The notes beneath the pieces were generated by a model. It did no database searches, was not told the origin of the DNA, and was given only the letters and a program-made list of their open reading frames with translations. The position numbers and the translations under genes are program-made. A DNA stretch of 64,000 nt from a virus. Its lineage: Duplodnaviria; Caudoviricetes. The stretch lies in the IMG/VR virus record IMGVR_UViG_2852783553_000005, positions 820-64,819 of that record; one strand, written 5' to 3'. This document shows positions 56,269-64,000 of this stretch, in pieces (position 1 is the stretch's first letter; each line of letters begins with the position of its first letter).

Positions 56269-57145
56269 CGCGCACGTCCTCAGGGGCAAGGTCGAACACG
56301 TTTGGCGGGCGCGACGCATCGCGCCCGGTTAGCGCCGCGATCATTTCGCGGTCGCGTGCCTCGCGCACATCGCGCGGGCTGAGCCGCGCGAACGGCGGTC
56401 CGGTTGCACCGTTCGAGCGAGGCAGCAGCCATTCGGCCTGAAAGCCGGCCCAGCCACGCGTGCAGCAGATACGCAGTGCGTCGTTTAGCGACAAGGCAGC
56501 CGATTGCGCTTCCCGCAGAACGCCAGCAATGGCCGTTTCCGTGGGTTTCAGACGCTTGCCGCTGCGCAGGGTCAGCCAGTCGCTTGCGATCTGAGGTTCC
56601 ACACCGAGCGACACAAGACGCGCGTGCGCGTCGAAGCGCGCTCCGCGCGCGGTTTTTGTCTTTGCATTTGATGAAGTAGAAGATGAAGATGAAGAGCCGT
56701 CACTTAAGGAGGGCTTTGGTGCGGGGTTTGGTGCGTCACCCTCAGCAGCACCAAAGCGCGAGGAATTGCCGCGAATGGTACGCACGTATTCATCCCTGAC
56801 CATCCGCGAGGAATACCAGACTGGCCCGATCTGTTCGCATACCAGAACGACAGGCGTTCCCTCCCTTCGTCCCGAACGGGGAACGTAGAGATAAGGCTCG
56901 ACAGGTTCACCCACGTCGCCGCCTTTCAGGATTCGCTTGTCGGCCAGCATACGCAGCGCGGCGAGCGTGCAATGCACCGCTTGGGCGATGTCCCTCAACG
57001 GCCAGCGAACCGTGCCGTAATCCTCCTGGTCGTGTAGCAGGCACAGCACGTCAATCCAGATTCCTTTTTCCGAGTGCGAGCAGCGGCGAAGTTTGCCGTT
57101 CGAAGTCCAGTCGCCCGGATAGAACTGGAACGAGGGACGTTTCAT
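56246..57145 (-). CDS. Phage replication initiator protein
   Basis: RPSFQFYPGDW, G.WID.LC.LH N-terminus; DW..LR..KR, RGW.GF..EW C-terminus. Confidence 0.75.
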   Translation of the reverse strand: MKRPSFQFYPGDWTSNGKLRRCSHSEKGIWIDVLCLLHDQEDYGTVRWPLRDIAQAVHCTLAALRMLADKRILKGGDVGEPVEPYLYVPRSGRREGTPVVLVCEQIGPVWYSSRMVRDEYVRTIRGNSSRFGAAEGDAPNPAPKPSLSDGSSSSSSTSSNAKTKTARGARFDAHARLVSLGVEPQIASDWLTLRSGKRLKPTETAIAGVLREAQSAALSLNDALRICCTRGWAGFQAEWLLPRSNGATGPPFARLSPRDVREARDREMIAALTGRDASRPPNVFDLAPEDVRDVPDRST

Positions 57146-57192
57146 TGGTCCGCCTCAGTGTGTAAATGCTTTTGACCACTGCGAGCGGGCGC

Positions 57193-57447
57193 TTACGGTT
57201 GCCGATCCTGCAGCGCATCGGCGAGTGCCAGCAGAAACGCGCAGGCCGGTAAGCCAGAGCTATCAGCCAGCAATGCGCGGGCTCGCGCGTCCTGTTCGCG
57301 CAGCTCTGCCAGACGGCCACCTATGCAGCGTGTGACCGCTTCAGCGTCACGCAGTACGACGCGCGCCGCACGCTCATAGTCATCCAGCGCGCGTGCGCGC
57401 CTCGCGATGCGGATAGCGAAACTTCCCTTGATTCCGGAATCAGTCAT
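57193..57447 (-). CDS. Hypothetical phage protein
   Basis: Operon position, 84 aa helical. Confidence 0.45.
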   Translation of the reverse strand: MTDSGIKGSFAIRIARRARALDDYERAARVVLRDAEAVTRCIGGRLAELREQDARARALLADSSGLPACAFLLALADALQDRQP

Positions 57448-57462
57448 GGTTGCACCATCGGG

Positions 57463-57945
57463 TCAGGCCGCATTGCTGCCGCTGGCCTTTGTACGGGCGA
57501 ATGCGTCGAGCGCATCCGCGTGTCGTAAGTGAGCGCGCCCGACCTTGCGATGCTGACGCGCATTCCAACGGACCTGTTCGGGTGTAAGGAGATCGAGCAG
57601 CACGTATTGCGGGTTTTCGCCGCGCTGATGCGGAACGGGATAACGCGCCTGCAACGTGCCTGTGTACAAGTCGCCCTGTATCGCCCGTGTCTCGTGTGAC
57701 TCCGCGCCGTAGCTGCGCGCCAGTTCCCGGCGCGTGACATCGAGCAGGTACTGCATGAAGCCGTACCTCGCGCATATGGATTCGTTGCCGCTTTCGAGTC
57801 GTGTACGGGCGCGATCTGCAACCGTGTTGCATTCGACGCGCTGAACGTCTTCGGCTTCTAGTTCGAGGATTGCCTTGCGGACCGCCCGGACGATGATTTC
57901 CCGTGCGCCGCCTGCCGGTTGCGGCGTGGTGTTACGTCCCGTCAT
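57463..57945 (-). CDS. Hypothetical phage protein
   Basis: Coupled to upstream gene; LQARYP..YV motif. Confidence 0.6.
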   Translation of the reverse strand: MTGRNTTPQPAGGAREIIVRAVRKAILELEAEDVQRVECNTVADRARTRLESGNESICARYGFMQYLLDVTRRELARSYGAESHETRAIQGDLYTGTLQARYPVPHQRGENPQYVLLDLLTPEQVRWNARQHRKVGRAHLRHADALDAFARTKASGSNAA

Positions 57946-58783
57946 GGCTTGCCCCTTCCAGCATCGCGCACAGAAACCCGGCCATCGCCGGTACGATGCG
58001 CCGCACGTCGGTCTGCATGACGTCCGTCATCGCGTCATAGATCGCGGTGGGATTCTTCGAGAGATACCCGTCGCTCTCGAAGTCGCGCACACGGCCCCAT
58101 ATCCACAGAACATCCTCAGGGATGCGGTTGATCGTCGCCGCCACATCGTTGTGGATGTCCCGGATAAGAGCCGTCGTGCTTGGTTTCTTCGCGGGATCGC
58201 GTAACGCGTCTTCGAATTCCCGTTCGGGGATCGTCGCCAGCTTTTGCCACTTTGATGACTGGTCCCGCGTTACTCCCAGGTCAGCGAGCGTTGCGACGGA
58301 GGACCCCTTGTCGTTGCCTACGACTAGGGTTTTTCCGGTCGGGTTCGCCGTCTTCGGCATCGCTCGCAATTCCGCCTGTGCAAGCTCTGTCAGCAACGTG
58401 CCCGCGCGGCGTTCGGCGCGCAGGCGGATCGCGCAGGCCTTGCGTTCGGCGTCGGTGTTCTTCGCCTGCCTTGCATAGACTTCGAACGCGAGCGCCTTAT
58501 CGCGAAGGTCTTTCACTTCATCGACGCGATGGCATTCCGCAATGGCGGTACACATCGCGACGTAGCGTGCATCGACCAGCGCCCCGGCGTTGGCGGTCAT
58601 GTTGCGGCGCACGTCGATAACCGTATCGCGTGACGCGTTGGTCAGCCTAGCTATCGCCGTGTTGGTCGCGGTCGGATCGGCTTCGATGGCCTGCCGGATC
58701 GCGTCGCGGTTGACCTTGTAGCTGCGCGGGTACGTCTTGCCGTCCGAGCCGGTAAGGCGCGCTCCTTGATCGGCTGGATTCAT
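57932..58783 (-). CDS. HTH-containing phage protein, first gene of the leftward operon
   Basis: DP..TN.AIAR....SRDTV..VR HTH; VDEVKDLRDKA.A...YARQA..RLRAERRAG.LL domain. Confidence 0.7.
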   Translation of the reverse strand: MNPADQGARLTGSDGKTYPRSYKVNRDAIRQAIEADPTATNTAIARLTNASRDTVIDVRRNMTANAGALVDARYVAMCTAIAECHRVDEVKDLRDKALAFEVYARQAKNTDAERKACAIRLRAERRAGTLLTELAQAELRAMPKTANPTGKTLVVGNDKGSSVATLADLGVTRDQSSKWQKLATIPEREFEDALRDPAKKPSTTALIRDIHNDVAATINRIPEDVLWIWGRVRDFESDGYLSKNPTAIYDAMTDVMQTDVRRIVPAMAGFLCAMLEGASHDGT

Positions 58784-59239
58784 CGCGTCGTCCTACGGTG
58801 TCGTCACCCCGGGAAAATCGTCTGTCGCAGTAAGCATGACGAATTTCTTTACTGGATTCACGGACTAAAAATTAGGCGTAAAAAGGCATCCCGTCAATTA
58901 CGTTGATTTGTATTAAGAGTGCATGCAAGTGCATGGAAGTACACAGATGTTTTTTATAAAAAATCAAGAGGATAGGTGCATTCACTTAGGAAAATTGGAT
59001 GTTTCAACCATTATCGTCAGGTTATGTAAATTCATCCTCGACACCCGCTGCGCAAGCCGCTGATGGATATGGAAATAAAAATTAAACGGCCGTTCTGAAA
59101 GCGGCAGCTGATAATCTTTTTTGCGGCGGAGGGTTTTCGCTTTTTTCTTGAATTCAACCCGGCTTGACGCCTATCTTTCGATCCATGTTATTTCGGCACG
59201 GAGCGAATTGTGTCAACCGCATTTATCGAACACTGGTCA
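58784..59239. promoter_or_regulatory. AT-rich divergent control region
   Basis: Between leftward and rightward operons; TTGACG -35-like at 59164; inverted TT(G/T)ACGCCTA copies at ~58874 and ~59164. Confidence 0.6.
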
Positions 59240-59431
59240 ATGCCGCATGAAGAAGGCGGAGAAAACCATATTATCCGGTCGCCAGATAGCGAAGCAGCTT
59301 ATGGGCACGCGCTGACTATCCGCGACTCGATCCGCTCGGCTCGGGCGCCGGTCATCACCGGCCAGTATCGCGACATCGAAACGGGTCTGTGGACAGTATT
59401 CGTCCGCGTCCTGCCGGACCCGCAGCAATGA
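59240..59431 (+). CDS. Hypothetical protein
   Basis: First ORF of the rightward operon, overlaps next start. Confidence 0.45.
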   Translation: MPHEEGGENHIIRSPDSEAAYGHALTIRDSIRSARAPVITGQYRDIETGLWTVFVRVLPDPQQ

Positions 59432-59649
59432 GCGCATTCGACTTTTCGCTGCTTGCCCGGCAGCCGATTGCGGAGCTTGGCCTGTCGGTACGGATCGCCA
59501 ATCAGCTTCGTGCGGCCGGTATCACGTCGATAGGCGAGCTGTGCGAGCGTCGTGCGCGCGACCTGTTGCTGATGACGCACGTTGGCCCGGATTCTGTTCA
59601 GGCCGTTGTGGACGCGCTGACGCAACGCGGTCTTTCACTTAGGGAATAG
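59428..59649 (+). CDS. Stand-alone RNA polymerase alpha-CTD-like protein
   Basis: PI.ELGLSVR.AN.L..AGI..IGEL......LL....G..S...V...L..RGLSL matches RpoA CTD. Confidence 0.8.
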   Translation: MSAFDFSLLARQPIAELGLSVRIANQLRAAGITSIGELCERRARDLLLMTHVGPDSVQAVVDALTQRGLSLRE

Positions 59650-59653
59650 ACCC

Positions 59654-60562
59654 ATGAATGCAAGGGACGACTGGCTTGCGGAGCGCCGCAAGGGCATCGG
59701 CGGCAGCGACGCCGCCGCCGCTATCGGCCAGTCGCGCTATCAGACAGCCTATGAGTTGTGGCTGGACAAGACCGGGCAGACAACAGGCGAGCGCGAAGAC
59801 AACGAAACAACCCGCTTCGGCCGGGCGATGGAAGCCATCGCGGCCGATATGTTTGCGCATCGCACGGGTGTGCGTCTGCGCCGTCGCAATCAGATCATCC
59901 GACACCCGAAGTACCAGTTCATGGCTGCGTCCGTAGACAGGCTCGTTGAAGGTCGACGCGAAGGCTTCGAAGCGAAGAACGTCAATGCGGATTTCTTCCG
60001 CTTCTCCGGCGAGTGGGGCGATCAGGGTTCGGATCAGGTTCCGGTCGAATACCTGTGCCAGTGCCATCACTATCTGACGGTACTGAACTACGACGCCTGG
60101 CACCTGGGCGCGGTTGTCGGTGGCAACCGTCTTGTCACCTACACGATAGAGCGCGACCCGGAATTTTCGGAACTGCTGATCGGCCAGGAAATGACGTTCT
60201 GGACGTTCGTGGAAACCGGCGAGCCGCCGCCTTTCGACTATTCGCACCGGCATGGGGTTGACATGCTGAAGCGTCTTTATCCCGGTACGACTGGCGAAAC
60301 CATCACGCTCGATGCGGCGCTGATGGATTGGCACAACGTGCGCATCGAGGCCGACGAACAGGTCAAGGCGTACCAGGCCGTCAGCGACGGCGCACGCGCC
60401 CACATCCTGCACGCAATGGGTGAGGCCGCAATCGGCCGACTTCCCAATGGTGGCGCGTATAAACGCAAGTTCGTCCACCGTCCCGCGTACAGCGTTGATG
60501 CGTGCGATTACACGACGCTGACGTACAGCAAACCGAAGGAAGGAAAGGAGGTTGCCGAATGA
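59654..60562 (+). CDS. YqaJ-like viral recombinase exonuclease
   Basis: WL..RRKGIGGSDAAA, LWLDKTG, ASVDR, EAK, Y..QC.HY. Confidence 0.92.
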   Translation: MNARDDWLAERRKGIGGSDAAAAIGQSRYQTAYELWLDKTGQTTGEREDNETTRFGRAMEAIAADMFAHRTGVRLRRRNQIIRHPKYQFMAASVDRLVEGRREGFEAKNVNADFFRFSGEWGDQGSDQVPVEYLCQCHHYLTVLNYDAWHLGAVVGGNRLVTYTIERDPEFSELLIGQEMTFWTFVETGEPPPFDYSHRHGVDMLKRLYPGTTGETITLDAALMDWHNVRIEADEQVKAYQAVSDGARAHILHAMGEAAIGRLPNGGAYKRKFVHRPAYSVDACDYTTLTYSKPKEGKEVAE

Positions 60563-61719
60563 TCGCAACAGTGGAAGAGGAACCGCGCACCCTGAAACGG
60601 TTCGAATTGAACCCCGACATGCTTGGCTACATCGAGCGCTTCGCGAATCTGATGGCGACGGCTGGCGTCACCGTTCCCGAACCGTATCGCGGCAAGCCCG
60701 GCAATTGCGCTGCCGTGACGATTCAGGCGCTGCAATGGGGTATGAATCCGTTCGCTGTCGCAGCAAAAACGCACTTCGTCAACAACCAGATCGGTTACGA
60801 GGCGCAGCTCATCATCGCGGCTGTCAATACATCTGGCCTGCTGGTGGATCGCATCAACTGGGACTGGTTTGGCGATTGGGAAAAGATCGTCGGGCAGTTC
60901 GTTGAACGCGAGTCGAAGACGAAGAAAAACGAACACGGCGAGCCTGTCCGATACCGCGTGCCTGCATGGAATATCGAAGACGAAGCAGACGTTGGCGTGC
61001 GTTGCTTTGCGACGCTCAGGGGCGAGCGCGAACCGCGCGTGCTGACGATCCTGATGAAGCAGGCGCGCGTGCGCAACTCGACGTTATGGGCGGATGACCC
61101 GAAGCAGCAGATTGCCTACCTGTCCGGTAAACGCTGGTCCCGGCTGCACGCGTCCGAAATTGTCTTTGGCGTCCGCACGCCCGACGAACTCGACGTGATC
61201 GACAACGGCATGCGCGACATGGGGCCAGCCGAAGAAGTCAGACGGGAATCCGCGGCGCATGGATCGTCGCGCACAAGTAGCGTCAAGGAGCGCATGAAGA
61301 AGAACGCGACTACACGCAATGCAGCGCCGACGCTTGACGAGGTTCTGAAGGCCATTGCGGAAGCAACGAACAGCGGCGAAATGACGGCGGCAGGCGAACT
61401 TGCTACGAAGTTGCGCACCGATCAGGAAAAGGAAATCGCGCGCACGGCATACAGCGACAAGCTCAACGCCGAACGCGCAGCGGCGCACGCGCAACCCGCG
61501 CAGGACGATCCTGCTGACGCACGCTCGAAACGTGATCGCGGCGGCGAAGTGGCTGCAATGACGTTCGCCCAGGTCATGGACGCGCTGGAACAAGCGGAAA
61601 CGCTCGACGCGCTCGATGTTGCCGCCGGCCTGATACGCACCGTGCCGGACGAAGGCCAGCGCGAAGAACTGGAAGAGTTCTATCTAGCGAAACGCCACAG
61701 GATGGAGAGTGAGCAATGA
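60559..61719 (+). CDS. recT: RecT-family single-strand annealing protein
   Basis: VP...GKP..C.AV..QA.QWGMNPFAVA.KT, GYEAQL, RNS.LW..DPKQQ.AY. Confidence 0.88.
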   Translation: MIATVEEEPRTLKRFELNPDMLGYIERFANLMATAGVTVPEPYRGKPGNCAAVTIQALQWGMNPFAVAAKTHFVNNQIGYEAQLIIAAVNTSGLLVDRINWDWFGDWEKIVGQFVERESKTKKNEHGEPVRYRVPAWNIEDEADVGVRCFATLRGEREPRVLTILMKQARVRNSTLWADDPKQQIAYLSGKRWSRLHASEIVFGVRTPDELDVIDNGMRDMGPAEEVRRESAAHGSSRTSSVKERMKKNATTRNAAPTLDEVLKAIAEATNSGEMTAAGELATKLRTDQEKEIARTAYSDKLNAERAAAHAQPAQDDPADARSKRDRGGEVAAMTFAQVMDALEQAETLDALDVAAGLIRTVPDEGQREELEEFYLAKRHRMESEQ

Positions 61720-62222
61720 TGCGCTTCGAAAATCATCCTGTCAGGCTTGAACACATCAACACGCGCGTGGAATTTCACGGCGAAGAGGAACGGCTTGCGC
61801 TCGACCTGACCATCAAGGCGGACCTGCCGAATACTGCGCTCGATGATATGTCGCCGACGCTGCGCAGTTCGCTATATGAGGCGGATCGGCAACCCGATAT
61901 CGTTGACCCGGACAGTACGCCGGTACTGCGAAACCCACAGCTTGGCACGCTGCATTGGGCGGGCAAATTCGCTGGCGTAAAGCTCGCGCTGCGTGACGAA
62001 GATCGCGACGGCCTGGGCGACTTGCGCTTCGTGGACGCGCGCCTGGATCGCGTTCACTTTCAGCCGAAGGATGGGGGCACCTGTTCGTTCATATGGCACA
62101 TCCATGTGTACCCGGACGACGAAGCGACGACAGCGCACACGGTCTATTTCCTGCGCCGGCCGCACACGCTTGGAACGATGAACGTGCCTGATCCGAACGG
62201 CATCGAAGATGAACAGGAATGA
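61716..62222 (+). CDS. Hypothetical phage protein
   Basis: N.R.E.HGEE...A.DL motif; coupled to recT. Confidence 0.65.
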   Translation: MMRFENHPVRLEHINTRVEFHGEEERLALDLTIKADLPNTALDDMSPTLRSSLYEADRQPDIVDPDSTPVLRNPQLGTLHWAGKFAGVKLALRDEDRDGLGDLRFVDARLDRVHFQPKDGGTCSFIWHIHVYPDDEATTAHTVYFLRRPHTLGTMNVPDPNGIEDEQE

Positions 62223-62401
62223 ACCGGACAGCGCTCAGATTCGGAATGCGCTGAAAGCCTACAACGAATGTGGAGGCTAAAATTGTTGCGGGACAAGCAT
62301 CCTGAAGCATGGCAAGCCCTGATAAATCTTCTCGCGCGCAGCGTAGCACGCGACATGGTACGGGGTTCCCGAGCGGCGAACAACACGGAGAACGAATCGA
62401 A

Positions 62402-64000
<1,599 letters not shown>

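Overview
GC-rich window, most likely from a Burkholderia/Paraburkholderia-like betaproteobacterium (inferred from gene families), and almost entirely mobile DNA. (1) 1-~11187: a decaying, tail-less lambda-like head module (terminase remnant, gpW, portal, S49 protease, scaffold-like protein, decoration protein, gpE-type capsid, two neck proteins). Its terminase is broken by an IS630 carrying a DUF6429 passenger and by an IS5 (TIRs and TTAG duplication visible), and it holds PIN-like, membrane and HEPN-like morons. (2) 11188-63977: an apparently complete ~52.8 kb prophage bounded by a 21-bp direct repeat (3' end of an initiator tRNA-Met). It has a large serine integrase that reads across the att site, RecT/YqaJ, replication genes, a lambda-like head and a Mu-like contractile tail. 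Its most interesting cargo: an orphan DUF4123/Tox-REase-5/Imm52 module led by a small non-VgrG carrier-like protein; a gp43-gp44 hotspot with two stacked candidate defence cassettes (a three-gene PIN operon; Schlafen/AlbA_2 + membrane protein) separated by a chimeric gp44/gp43 scar; a ParB-cupin-IbrA-IbrB candidate DNA-modification module; an H1-tailed orphan HigA + ArdB operon preceded by five 21-bp-phased repeats; a c4-type antisense RNA switch; a stand-alone RNAP alpha-CTD; and a reverse-oriented lipoprotein-muramidase pair, with no recognisable holin. All family assignments are motif recognition by eye; no database search was run.
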